A DNA stretch of 45,138 bases from a virus (taxonomy: Duplodnaviria > Caudoviricetes). Positions 19,546 to 27,608 of the stretch are shown piece after piece (the first letter of the stretch is position 1; each line of letters opens with the position of its first letter). Both the position numbers and the translations under genes were made by a program. The notes under the pieces are model-generated. The model was not told the origin of the DNA. It was given only the letters and a program-made list of their open reading frames with translations, and did no database searches. The stretch is taken from positions 1-45,138 of the IMG/VR virus record IMGVR_UViG_3300049484_000288; one strand, written 5' to 3'.

Positions 19546-20375
19546 GAAACGGTTTCCTTTGCGAATTCGTGGTTTAGCGTTGGTCCGTGATTGTTCTTCC
19601 ACAAAGACAACGCGTACAGGTGGTCGATGAGCTGGTGAGGAGTTCTGAACTCGTCAATCTGAAGCTCTCTGCACGGACCCCATACCAAAGGGTCAGTAAC
19701 TATATCGAGCGCTTTTGGAAAGTGTTCGTCGTATAGATGGCAAGACGCCGCCGTGTAGTAGAGAGTTCCTGGATTAACGCGATACCAGAACTCGTTGGTT
19801 TGCCTGAGACAAAGGAGGAGGTAGCAGGTAAACATGGAGAAACTGAACCAGTCATAAGGGGCGCCCAGCCACACATCTGAGGATCGCATATTGTAAAAGC
19901 AGTGTAGGTGTCCGCCTCGTACCAGGAACTGAACGGAGAGAGAACATGGTACGTCTCTTGTAACCTTCGGCGACTCACGCCAAATGGTTGCAACGGCTTG
20001 CCTCGTGGCGAAATCCTTACTAAGGATATCGATAAGGTAAGGCAGTTGGTCAACGAGACGGGGTCCATAGGCACCAAAGAAAAACTGGCCGTCGTCTGAG
20101 AATCGGGCAACGTCACCAAATTCGCCGATAGTTGCAACATCATTTCTCCCTGAGAGGATCCACCAGGCCTCGCGTGCCATGAAACGGTACCCGAGACGTC
20201 GGTTGACAAGCGAGACGATAGGCCTTCGTATGTCCATCGCAACTTGTCCATTGGGGATTTCATGGGTGATCCCGTTGCGAGAATCAATGAGCGCCCGATC
20301 CTTGGCAATCGTGGAAACAAGGCCCATCCAACAATCATTGGCATTACCCCAGATCATTTGCGGGATCGCGCTCAT
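19512..20375 (-). CDS. Thymidylate synthase-family enzyme, probably a dCMP (hydroxy)methylase
   Basis: GAYGPR, TRQAV, DVPC catalytic Cys, MRSSD..GAPYD (Asp where dUMP-specific TS has Asn), SCHLY. Confidence 0.8.
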   Translation of the reverse strand: MSAIPQMIWGNANDCWMGLVSTIAKDRALIDSRNGITHEIPNGQVAMDIRRPIVSLVNRRLGYRFMAREAWWILSGRNDVATIGEFGDVARFSDDGQFFFGAYGPRLVDQLPYLIDILSKDFATRQAVATIWRESPKVTRDVPCSLSVQFLVRGGHLHCFYNMRSSDVWLGAPYDWFSFSMFTCYLLLCLRQTNEFWYRVNPGTLYYTAASCHLYDEHFPKALDIVTDPLVWGPCRELQIDEFRTPHQLIDHLYALSLWKNNHGPTLNHEFAKETVSWHASLSKSPS

Positions 20376-21393
20376 ACTTAGCTGCTCCTCTGTCGAAAAC
20401 GTGGCCGAAGATCCGCCCTTCCTCTATCCCGTAGTACGCCGAGGCCATGTTGCTCTTAAGGGTACTGTGCCCTCGATTGAAGCGCATGTCGTACGCCGGG
20501 TGACAGAAGTAGAGCGGTTTGTTGAAGCGGAGGTAGTCACCACCGGAGGGGGCGACATGTTTGTATGCCCGGTCGCCCAGGCATAGGGGAATAAGATCGT
20601 ACTTACCCAGGAGCTGTCGTGCCATCTCGGGTGTACCACGTGCATTAGTCCATATGAACTGGCTTTCATCGAAGTTGCACTCCTCAAACATCCCCGTCAG
20701 GTACAGCGACGAGGCCGCGTAGTCATGAAACGGCCACCAGTCAGTGGCTCGCTTACGCGGGTTAGTTTGATCACCTACGACAATGAAGCGGGCATCCTCG
20801 ATGTGACCTGTGGCGTTGTAGTTCAGTGGATCTAGGATCCTCGGATCCTGCGACATGCGTCGGGCCATAACCTTGGCGAGGAGCACGTCGATGAAGTCGG
20901 TGGAGAAGCAGTCGTCCTTTGTATAGTCGTACCTAACAAAGGTTTTGTCGTGCTTCACGCGGTCCCACATGGCATGATACTGCATAACGACTGGCAAGAT
21001 GTCATTATACATCTCTTGTCTAGTCAATTTCAGTTGTTCATAGGCATGCAGGTGGTCACGGGTGTTCACGGGTAATGACACCACGCTAATTGCACCATGC
21101 TTGTTAATCACCCGTGTCATAAAACGACGCATGAGTGGCCAAGCTGAGCCGCTGCGGTATGCATTGGCATAGCAGAGCTCACTCATCCACAGTCGATCGA
21201 TGACGACGAGCTTGCCTTGGGCGATGAGCTTGGTAGCCCGATGCAGCGCGGCAGTGTGGTACGTAAACATCCGAAGCTTGTGCCGATAGGTCAAGTGGAT
21301 GTAGTGGGCACCAGTGCGGCGGACGATCTCCTTGGCTAGCGTGGTCTTGCCACTGCCATCGGGACCGTCGATGATGATTAGACCAGGGGTCAT
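20344..21393 (-). CDS. dNMP (thymidylate-type) kinase fused to a uracil-DNA-glycosylase-like domain (probable start 21393)
   Basis: IIIDGPDGSGKTT P-loop, VIDR..SE..Y; C-terminal FIVVGDQ..PF..TNA..LG..A..HPAY; GAAAGGAG RBS. Confidence 0.7.
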   Translation of the reverse strand: MTPGLIIIDGPDGSGKTTLAKEIVRRTGAHYIHLTYRHKLRMFTYHTAALHRATKLIAQGKLVVIDRLWMSELCYANAYRSGSAWPLMRRFMTRVINKHGAISVVSLPVNTRDHLHAYEQLKLTRQEMYNDILPVVMQYHAMWDRVKHDKTFVRYDYTKDDCFSTDFIDVLLAKVMARRMSQDPRILDPLNYNATGHIEDARFIVVGDQTNPRKRATDWWPFHDYAASSLYLTGMFEECNFDESQFIWTNARGTPEMARQLLGKYDLIPLCLGDRAYKHVAPSGGDYLRFNKPLYFCHPAYDMRFNRGHSTLKSNMASAYYGIEEGRIFGHVFDRGAAKYERDPANDLG

Positions 21394-21522
21394 GGATTCT
21401 CCTTTCAAGTTGCCCGGTTTTCGTGTCGCTGGCACCGGGCAGCCCCTGGATTCGACTAGACCAAGCTAGGCGATGACACTAAGGATATTATACACCAACA
21501 GGACGCCGGTGTTTCGCCTTTT

Positions 21523-22041
21523 TTACAGAGCACCCGCGCGGCGAAGCAGCTTCGCGAGGTTCTTGCTCGGCGATTCCCATCCCTCCGGCTTACTGATGTC
21601 GAAGCGACCGTTCCGCTTCCCGGTGTAGTTGTCGGGATTCTTGCGCTCCTTCATCATGTTGGCCTCGTGGACCATGACAAAGGCGTGCTCGCAGATGCGA
21701 CCCTCATACTCGTTGATGGTCTTGCCATCCGTGTACGAGACGGTCGTGTACCGGTGGAACCCATGGAAGGTATGTGTTCCGTTAAGCACGTACTCCAAGT
21801 CGATCAAGCCATCAATGGCCTTGACCATGTCACGCTCGAGCCGCTGGTCGCGCTTGAACTTGGAGCCAATGAAGAGGAACCCAACGGCATGACCGTACTC
21901 GATCAGCTCTTCCAACATGAAGTTGAGCCGGTCGGCTTGGAGTTCATCGTCAGCGATGAAGCCGGGTTGCTCTGGCTGGAGCTTGTCCAAACCAAAGCGC
22001 TTGTTGAACTGCAGCACTGCCTGAAGCTGTTTACTCATCAT
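21523..22041 (-). CDS. MazG-like (all-alpha) nucleoside triphosphate pyrophosphohydrolase
   Basis: EELIE..DGLIDLEYV..VHEANMMK..KPEGW. Confidence 0.8.
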   Translation of the reverse strand: MMSKQLQAVLQFNKRFGLDKLQPEQPGFIADDELQADRLNFMLEELIEYGHAVGFLFIGSKFKRDQRLERDMVKAIDGLIDLEYVLNGTHTFHGFHRYTTVSYTDGKTINEYEGRICEHAFVMVHEANMMKERKNPDNYTGKRNGRFDISKPEGWESPSKNLAKLLRRAGAL

Positions 22042-22903
22042 GATTCCTTTCTATGAAGGCGGTCCATTGCGAAGAAGAGGAGTGGTTGGGAGAACGCAGA
22101 TCGGCCAAAGGTTCAAACCCCCAGGAGGGCAGGCCTTCCTCTTCAGCGTGCGCGGTCAATTCCCACAGGCAGTTACGCGAGCGAGAGGGGTACAACGGGG
22201 CAAAGACGGTGGCGAGGTAGTTCGAGTCGTAGTACTCGCGCAGTTCTTCGTACAAGTCGATGACTGCCGATCCCCGACTGTAGATGGCTGCGGTGATGTC
22301 CTTCTGGCTAGCGAACGTGCCGTAGCAAGCGCGGATCCCGAGACCCGCTTCTTGGATCATGGAACCAAGGGCGTAGTAGGTCATCTCGTTGACGTGGTTC
22401 GCCGCTGCCCCGACCGTGTGGTCGTAGTTCGGTGTCGAGATGAAGATGGTGCCCTTGTGCGTCGTGAGGGTAGCCATCTTCTTCAGCATCCTCAAGGCGT
22501 GCTCGGGTTCGACGTGCTCCAACACCTCAAAGCAGGTGACGACGTGGTACTGTCTTGGGAACTCATGCTCACAGAAATCAGTACCCCCGATAAGTTCGAG
22601 AGGAAATTTACCCGTGCTGAACATCGCGGGCACTTCCAGTCGGTTAATATCGACGCCGGTATAGCTGCCGGTGACTGGAATATACCTTGAAGAATACATT
22701 GTTTTGGCAAGGGGCATCTCCTTTCCGCAGCCGATGTCGAGAACGTGGGCAGCCTTGTACAGCGAGCCCTTCGCCAGGTGCTTGATCACGTGCGACCATC
22801 GGAGACAATGGGCGATGTAATCGCGATGGATGAAGCCCCGTGCCTCGGCATTGTCGATCGACAGGTGGGTATTGTCCATGTGCTTACCGCGAGCATTACT
22901 CAT
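22031..22903 (-). CDS. Class I SAM-dependent methyltransferase
   Basis: VLDIGCG, YTGVD, CFEVLEHV, GTIFISTPN. Confidence 0.85.
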   Translation of the reverse strand: MSNARGKHMDNTHLSIDNAEARGFIHRDYIAHCLRWSHVIKHLAKGSLYKAAHVLDIGCGKEMPLAKTMYSSRYIPVTGSYTGVDINRLEVPAMFSTGKFPLELIGGTDFCEHEFPRQYHVVTCFEVLEHVEPEHALRMLKKMATLTTHKGTIFISTPNYDHTVGAAANHVNEMTYYALGSMIQEAGLGIRACYGTFASQKDITAAIYSRGSAVIDLYEELREYYDSNYLATVFAPLYPSRSRNCLWELTAHAEEEGLPSWGFEPLADLRSPNHSSSSQWTAFIERNHDE

Positions 22904-23109
22904 ACGACCTCCGGCAAGGGTGGGATGGCAGGTAGGTTGCCGGCACGATCGCGGTAACAGTTAGTACAGCGCATGGCCGGCAGCACTCGATTGTGGTAGT
23001 TGAAATCGTCGTAGCCGGTAGTCAGCTCGTGAGTGGTATGGCAATGTTCACACTCAAGAAGGGCTGAGAAGTCGTTACGATACCGTTTGCGGTAAACTAC
23101 GATCTTCAT
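22900..23109 (-). CDS. Small zinc-ribbon protein
   Basis: CEHC and CTNC pairs; AAAGGA RBS; ATGA coupling to the methyltransferase. Confidence 0.65.
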   Translation of the reverse strand: MKIVVYRKRYRNDFSALLECEHCHTTHELTTGYDDFNYHNRVLPAMRCTNCYRDRAGNLPAIPPLPEVV

Positions 23110-23128
23110 AAGTTATCCTTTCAGGAAG

Positions 23129-23163
23129 AAAAAACCCCCAGGCGCTTTGCAACGACTGGGGGT
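23129..23163 (-). terminator. Rho-independent terminator
   Basis: Minus strand stem ACCCCCAG..CTGGGGGT followed by a T-run (TTTTTT CTT). Confidence 0.7.
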
Positions 23164-23217
23164 AGAACCACGCAGGTGACGACCGAGGGGAGAATTGTAC
23201 CTGCGCGGGGGAGGACC

Positions 23218-23562
23218 TTACGCGGCCACGAGCACGCCGGCGTCGATCAGCGGACGCTGGTAATAGCCGATGATGCGCTCGACGGGCTGGCGGGTCTTGA
23301 AGTCCGGATCAGCGCTGAGCAGCGAGACAAGGGTTGCCTTGTCCACGCCATCACCGCCGGCGGCCTTCACGTGCTTGACGATCAGGGCTGCCTGAGGCGC
23401 GATACGGGTACCGGCTGCCGGGTCGTTGGCGAACTTGAACTTCTCGACGCGCATCGCCGGGACGGGCGCCTTGCGTTCCTTCTTGGGGGCCGCCGCATCG
23501 GCAGCAGCTTCGCCTTCGGTGGCAACCGGGGGAGCAGTGTTCACATCTTTGGCCTTGGCCAT
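23218..23562 (-). CDS. Small Ala/Lys-rich protein, paralog A of a three-member putative DNA-binding family
   Basis: GAAAGGA RBS before ATG 23562; APQ..TRQ..IIGYY..LIDAG motif; has its own promoter and terminator. Confidence 0.65.
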   Translation of the reverse strand: MAKAKDVNTAPPVATEGEAAADAAAPKKERKAPVPAMRVEKFKFANDPAAGTRIAPQAALIVKHVKAAGGDGVDKATLVSLLSADPDFKTRQPVERIIGYYQRPLIDAGVLVAA

Positions 23563-23618
23563 GGTATATCCTTTCGAGTGGTTGGTTGATCGTGAGTGAG
23601 TGTTCACATCACGAGAGA

Positions 23619-23647
23619 ATTGTAATCCAACTAGAGGGGGATGTAAA
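23619..23647 (-). promoter_or_regulatory. Sigma70-type promoter
   Basis: Minus strand TTTACA-17 nt-TACAAT in an intergenic gap. Confidence 0.7.
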
Positions 23648-23681
23648 TACGAGACGCACTACTCCCCGCAACATATCGCAA

Positions 23682-23912
23682 CTACCTCTTCTGCTTGTAC
23701 TTCAGGTAGTTCGCATCTGCCTTCGCTTTCTGAGCTTTCTGCATGTCGTCGTACTCAGACTGCGAAACTTGTTTCCCGATCCCCTTAGCAGGTGCTTCGA
23801 ACTTCGGGGTCGGGGAGGTCAGCAGCGTGCCACCACCGACATCCTCCTTACTGAGAGCGCCGGTCTCGACAAGACCCTTCTTGGTGCGGGCAGAGACGCC
23901 GTCATTCGCCAT
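23682..23912 (-). CDS. Hypothetical basic protein
   Basis: GAAGGA RBS before ATG 23912; fits the operon. Confidence 0.55.
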   Translation of the reverse strand: MANDGVSARTKKGLVETGALSKEDVGGGTLLTSPTPKFEAPAKGIGKQVSQSEYDDMQKAQKAKADANYLKYKQKR

Positions 23913-24432
23913 TTCGTGTGATCCTTCCACTGTTCATCAAGGCTTCCCAACCCGTCGGGAGCCGGTTGTGCATCGGATGCGGCTTATGACCTTCGACCTG
24001 CCGCAGTTCTTGCAACGCTAGTGACCTTAACCTTTGCAACAGCTGGTCGTACTCGGACAGAAACAAGCGCGATTCGCGAAGCACGTGTCGACCCATACCA
24101 GTAAATCGGAAGTCGGCCATCGCATCGTCGGGGTTAGCCAACGTGTGCGCCTCGTTAAGGAAGGACTGCGGAGGCAGGCGATACGTGCGGATGATTCTGA
24201 AACCGACGATCTCTTCCACCGCCCAGATAGTCTTGCGCAACATCTGGTCGGATCTCCATCCCCACAGCGGCGGGATGTCCTGGACGTCGTAGTAGTACCC
24301 CAGATCGTTGATCAGCATCATGTGGTACAACTGCAACATCCTCGCCTTTGGGCGATGCTTGATCGGCGGTGCCGTGGCCAGATCTGGCGGTGGCGTAGCA
24401 ATCGTCCACCGTCTTATTTTGTGATGAGCCAT
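23902..24432 (-). CDS. Hypothetical protein (start uncertain)
   Basis: Fills the operon on the coding strand. Confidence 0.5.
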   Translation of the reverse strand: MAHHKIRRWTIATPPPDLATAPPIKHRPKARMLQLYHMMLINDLGYYYDVQDIPPLWGWRSDQMLRKTIWAVEEIVGFRIIRTYRLPPQSFLNEAHTLANPDDAMADFRFTGMGRHVLRESRLFLSEYDQLLQRLRSLALQELRQVEGHKPHPMHNRLPTGWEALMNSGRITRNGE

Positions 24433-24506
24433 AGGATGGATAGTAACACCAGGATGAGGACGGGAATGCCGAGGATTAGGGCGGCGGCAATGGTGTCATC
24501 CTTCAT
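24414..24506 (-). CDS. 30-aa TM microprotein MKDDTIAAALILGIPVLILVLLSILWLITK (not in ORF track)
   Basis: ATGA overlap with the upstream stop, AGGAG RBS, hydrophobic. Confidence 0.55.
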   Translation of the reverse strand: MKDDTIAAALILGIPVLILVLLSILWLITK

Positions 24507-24685
24507 TTCAGGCTCCTGATTTCCTTCGCTGCTGCGAGTAGCACGCTATCTGTGCCGGCAGGGGCCAGATATTCGAGTAACTTCGCGCACCGCTCCCGCT
24601 CCTCTGCCCTGATCTGTGCTTCGTCGATGAAGCTTGGGGCGCACTCCGGACACATACAGTGGCGTGACGGCGGGTGGTCGTTCAT
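24503..24685 (-). CDS. Small hypothetical protein with HCxCxxC motif
   Basis: ATGA coupling on both sides; AEERERCAK motif. Confidence 0.55.
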   Translation of the reverse strand: MNDHPPSRHCMCPECAPSFIDEAQIRAEERERCAKLLEYLAPAGTDSVLLAAAKEIRSLK

Positions 24686-24921
24686 ACGATTCTTGCTCGC
24701 AGAACGATGTCATATACGTGGTGCTTGCCGTCGATGCTGTGCTGCTTGAGGTACGCCTTGACCTTCTCGTACGTCGGGAAGCCGCGGCGAGTCAAGGCCT
24801 TGGCGTCATTGTCCCAGATGCAGAGGTAGTACCGTTGCAGACTGCTGACAACCTTGGCAGTAACAGCGATGTTGCCGACCTTCGCTTGGTTGGCGGCTAG
24901 TACACGTGGTGCGATGGACAT
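24682..24921 (-). CDS. Hypothetical protein
   Basis: AAGGAG RBS; ATGA coupling. Confidence 0.55.
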   Translation of the reverse strand: MSIAPRVLAANQAKVGNIAVTAKVVSSLQRYYLCIWDNDAKALTRRGFPTYEKVKAYLKQHSIDGKHHVYDIVLRARIV

Positions 24922-24930
24922 GCAGGCTCC

Positions 24931-25044
24931 TTAGTAGCAGGTGGTTGAACAAAGGCCGTTGATGCAGCACGTGACGCAGTACAAGTACTTGCCGTCAGGT
25001 AGTGCGATCATGGCGGTGGTGCAGAGGGAGATGAGAAAGATCAT
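24931..25044 (-). CDS. 37-aa six-cysteine microprotein MIFLISLCTTAMIALPDGKYLYCVTCCINGLCSTTCY (not in ORF track)
   Basis: AGGAG RBS; fills the gap between two genes. Confidence 0.6.
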   Translation of the reverse strand: MIFLISLCTTAMIALPDGKYLYCVTCCINGLCSTTCY

Positions 25045-25052
25045 GGCTGCTC

Positions 25053-25313
25053 CTAACCTTGATGGCTTCTTAGCCGGTCAGAAAGTGATTCGGGCTTTTT
25101 CTCTTCCATTTCGATGGGGCGATACACATTCATACCGTCATGAACTGTATGGCGCACTACGGAGCACAGCACCGCGCCCTCTGCCAGTTGGCGCAGGACG
25201 CGGGCAGCGAGTAGCGCGTGCTTCTCAGTCTCAGTAGCTCCGACACGGGCGCATGCCGCTGCACCCTTCGTGTGCCATTCCGCCGCTTCGGCGTACTCCT
25301 CGCGAGTGGTCAT
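25053..25313 (-). CDS. Hypothetical protein (probable start 25313)
   Basis: ATGA overlap with the upstream microprotein. Confidence 0.5.
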   Translation of the reverse strand: MTTREEYAEAAEWHTKGAAACARVGATETEKHALLAARVLRQLAEGAVLCSVVRHTVHDGMNVYRPIEMEEKKPESLSDRLRSHQG

Positions 25314-25405
25314 AGCAGTAGCCACCAAAAGAAGAAGACGAAGAGGGCCGTGCCCCAGATCGAGGCCCAGCCAACCAAGATGAGACCGTGAATAAATCTA
25401 TCCAT
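25310..25405 (-). CDS. 31-aa TM microprotein MDRFIHGLILVGWASIWGTALFVFFFWWLLL (not in ORF track)
   Basis: GAGGAG RBS; overlaps both neighbours. Confidence 0.55.
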   Translation of the reverse strand: MDRFIHGLILVGWASIWGTALFVFFFWWLLL

Positions 25406-25712
25406 TGCGTTGCTCCTCTAGTTTGCGCTTCACACGCACACGCTTCGCGCGCTCAGCAGCGGTGAAAGGTTTCCAAATAGCATCTTTGCCCGGTCCGAGA
25501 CCCCATAGCTTCCAGGGGTGGCCATCGGGATTGCGGTCATAGCCGACGATGCGGATCAGGCCGCGTTCGTGCATGTCCTTAAGATGCTTGTTGACGTTGT
25601 GCTTGTGGATGCCGAGCAAGTGAACAAGGTCGGCCACGTACGTCGGGCCGAACTGGAGTTCTTGAAGGATGAGCTTCTGCTCAGGCATGAACTGCCGCTT
25701 ACACTGTGCCAT
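25398..25712 (-). CDS. Winged helix-turn-helix transcription regulator
   Basis: ILQELQFGPTYVADLVHLLGIHKHNVNKHLKDMHERGLIRI (ArsR/MarR-like wHTH pattern). Confidence 0.7.
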   Translation of the reverse strand: MAQCKRQFMPEQKLILQELQFGPTYVADLVHLLGIHKHNVNKHLKDMHERGLIRIVGYDRNPDGHPWKLWGLGPGKDAIWKPFTAAERAKRVRVKRKLEEQRNG

Positions 25713-25893
25713 CCAAGAGCTCCGGCCTGTTGGTCTTGATCCAGTAAATCAGGTCGAGCAAGTCCACCCTTGTAAGGTTATAGTGACCTTCGTTCCACGC
25801 TTGTACACACGGGCGACCGTTCTCCTCGTCTACCACGAGCTCTACCTCGTACTTCTCGGCGTACTCGCGCACGCCTTCCATTGGCCAAGGCTT
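25699..25893 (-). CDS. Hypothetical protein (start uncertain)
   Basis: Fills the operon; AWNEGHYNLTRVDLLDLI motif. Confidence 0.45.
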   Translation of the reverse strand, partial: KPWPMEGVREYAEKYEVELVVDEENGRPCVQAWNEGHYNLTRVDLLDLIYWIKTNRPELLDGTV

Positions 25894-26549
25894 CATCGTG
25901 TGAGCCTCATAAAGCCGATGGAGATGAGCTTCCCGCGGTAGTATTGAAAGATGCGCCACGGATCTTGCTTGGTGCAGAGCATGTGGCCGTGCTGCATGAC
26001 AAGGGGCTTCAGCTCGATCTCCGTGAACTCCGACGCGGTACGGCCAGAGCTGATGATCTCGATGATGTCGCAGAGGACCTGTGCTTGTGGTGCGAGCTTC
26101 GCGACCTGCTGCTTGAGCTTCTCGGATGGCGGCACGAGGAACTTGTAGATGATCTTGCGCGGTGCTCGCTTCAAAGGGTTCGTGGAGTGATTGGTATCGA
26201 GATCCTTGAACACCTCATACCCGTGCGCGCGGTATGGGTTGTACGCGAGCTGGCGGAGTTTGTCGAAGCACGCGAGATCGTCAAAGAGATCGAACTGCTT
26301 GCTTATCGCTGCCCGATCCCCGGCTGGTGCACGTGCGGCATAGTCGTGCGCGTCGACGTAGATGTGTTCGTGTCGATCGGGAAGAAGAATGGTTTTGGCC
26401 TGGACCAGCGTATCAAAGGACATCCAGCGGCCATTGGGAGCCTTGGCAACCACACCCCGAATGATAGAGTCTGGATGGTTGGGATCGATCATGGTGGGCT
26501 TTTCCGCGTGAAAGACAACGCGCGGTGGCTTCTTGCGACGCATAAACAC
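25893..26549 (-). CDS. Hypothetical protein with C-terminal paralog-B domain
   Basis: AAAGGAG RBS; LAPQAQ..TKQDPWRIFQYYRGKLISIG. Confidence 0.65.
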   Translation of the reverse strand: MFMRRKKPPRVVFHAEKPTMIDPNHPDSIIRGVVAKAPNGRWMSFDTLVQAKTILLPDRHEHIYVDAHDYAARAPAGDRAAISKQFDLFDDLACFDKLRQLAYNPYRAHGYEVFKDLDTNHSTNPLKRAPRKIIYKFLVPPSEKLKQQVAKLAPQAQVLCDIIEIISSGRTASEFTEIELKPLVMQHGHMLCTKQDPWRIFQYYRGKLISIGFMRLTR

Positions 26550-26555
26550 TCCTTT

Positions 26556-27053
26556 CTATTCTTGGTTGGTTGACCAGCGGGGATTCCGCAGTTGTGGATC
26601 AGAGGACGGCTTGCGACCCCTGGTACGCTCTTCCCAGATGGAGGTATCACCCGCACGCGTGAAGACCTTGTGCGGCATCTCCTGTAGCTCGCCATTGGCC
26701 TTGCATAACCAGGTCTTGATGGTCATTACCAATGGGATCTGCTCTTTTGTGATAGCATCAGAGTAGAAGACAAAGCGCCTGAAGCCGCCGTTGTACGTAT
26801 TCTCGAGCCGCGAGAACTCTTTCAAAGTGGCCTTATGGATGGCCATGAGTTGATCGTCGGCATCATACATGTGGCACCAGTACGGATAAAGCCAGCGATC
26901 ACCACTCGCGTATGTCCGATGCAGACCCGGTACACCACGCATCACGGGATGATGGATGTAGATGGTCTCATAGGCATCGGCCGCAGCGGCATTCTCGGCT
27001 CGCTTATCGAGGATCCACTTGTCGTGCGGATCATTGGGATCGAGGTTTCTCAT
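26556..27053 (-). CDS. Hypothetical protein (likely ATG 27053 rather than GTG 27143)
   Basis: The upstream extension lies within the AT-rich inverted-repeat element. Confidence 0.5.
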   Translation of the reverse strand: MRNLDPNDPHDKWILDKRAENAAAADAYETIYIHHPVMRGVPGLHRTYASGDRWLYPYWCHMYDADDQLMAIHKATLKEFSRLENTYNGGFRRFVFYSDAITKEQIPLVMTIKTWLCKANGELQEMPHKVFTRAGDTSIWEERTRGRKPSSDPQLRNPRWSTNQE

Positions 27054-27098
27054 GTACGCCTGTTGTTTCTTGGTTCGCGATACCAAGGGTTGAAAATG

Positions 27099-27257
27099 GT
27101 ATATACAAATTTCTGTCTTTAAGGAGTCAACAATAAGACACACACGCGCGGACTAGAACCTTGTAAGAACCTTGATTCGTGTGTTGAAGTGTTGAGTGTG
27201 TTATAACACTGGACTATTTTATAACCTGACCCCTTAAAGACAGAAACCCCTATATAC
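27099..27257. repeat. 31-bp imperfect inverted repeat flanking an AT-rich core
   Basis: 27099-27129 GTATATA-caaa-TTTCTGTCTTTAAGGaGTCA vs 27227-27257 TGACcCCTTAAAGACAGAAA-cccc-TATATAC. Confidence 0.85.
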
Positions 27258-27262
27258 TAGTT

Positions 27263-27550
27263 TTAACTCACCTTTGTTGGGTACTTCCGCTCCATGATGG
27301 ATTCAGACAAACCCACACACCAATCAAGAATAGATTCGCATACTTCCGTCTTATCTGGATTAGCCGGCACTTCCCAGTTCACCGACTCAGCATACGCCAG
27401 CTCGTCTTCCGCCCACATCTGTTCGGCTAGGTCCACGAATGATACTCCTTTTTCCTCCATGTACTGTACTACCTGTTTGATATCCGCTAGCTTGCTTTGC
27501 TCCCGGAATAACTCCCGCTCTACTTCTGTGAAGACCTTTGTTCCCATCAT
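27263..27550 (-). CDS. Acidic hypothetical early protein
   Basis: AAAGGA RBS; Glu/Asp-rich. Confidence 0.6.
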   Translation of the reverse strand: MMGTKVFTEVERELFREQSKLADIKQVVQYMEEKGVSFVDLAEQMWAEDELAYAESVNWEVPANPDKTEVCESILDWCVGLSESIMERKYPTKVS

Positions 27551-27608
27551 CAGTTCCTTTCAGGAAAGAAGAAAGGGCCACTGATTGCTCAGCAGCCCTT
27601 GTTCTGCA

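Noticed and set aside
19512-20375. Ordinary thyA
   Set aside because: Asp replaces the dUMP-specifying Asn and the gene context points to base modification, so the symbol was withheld
21487-21515. Sigma70 promoter upstream of the kinase-UDG gene (minus strand TATAAT)
   Set aside because: Perfect -10 but no credible -35 at 17 nt; not supportable without transcript data
22031-22903. DNA adenine or cytosine methyltransferase of restriction-modification type
   Set aside because: Lacks DPPY/NPPY or PC motifs; resembles small-molecule class I methyltransferases
27099-27257. MITE or insertion sequence
   Set aside because: No target-site duplication evident and no transposase in the genome
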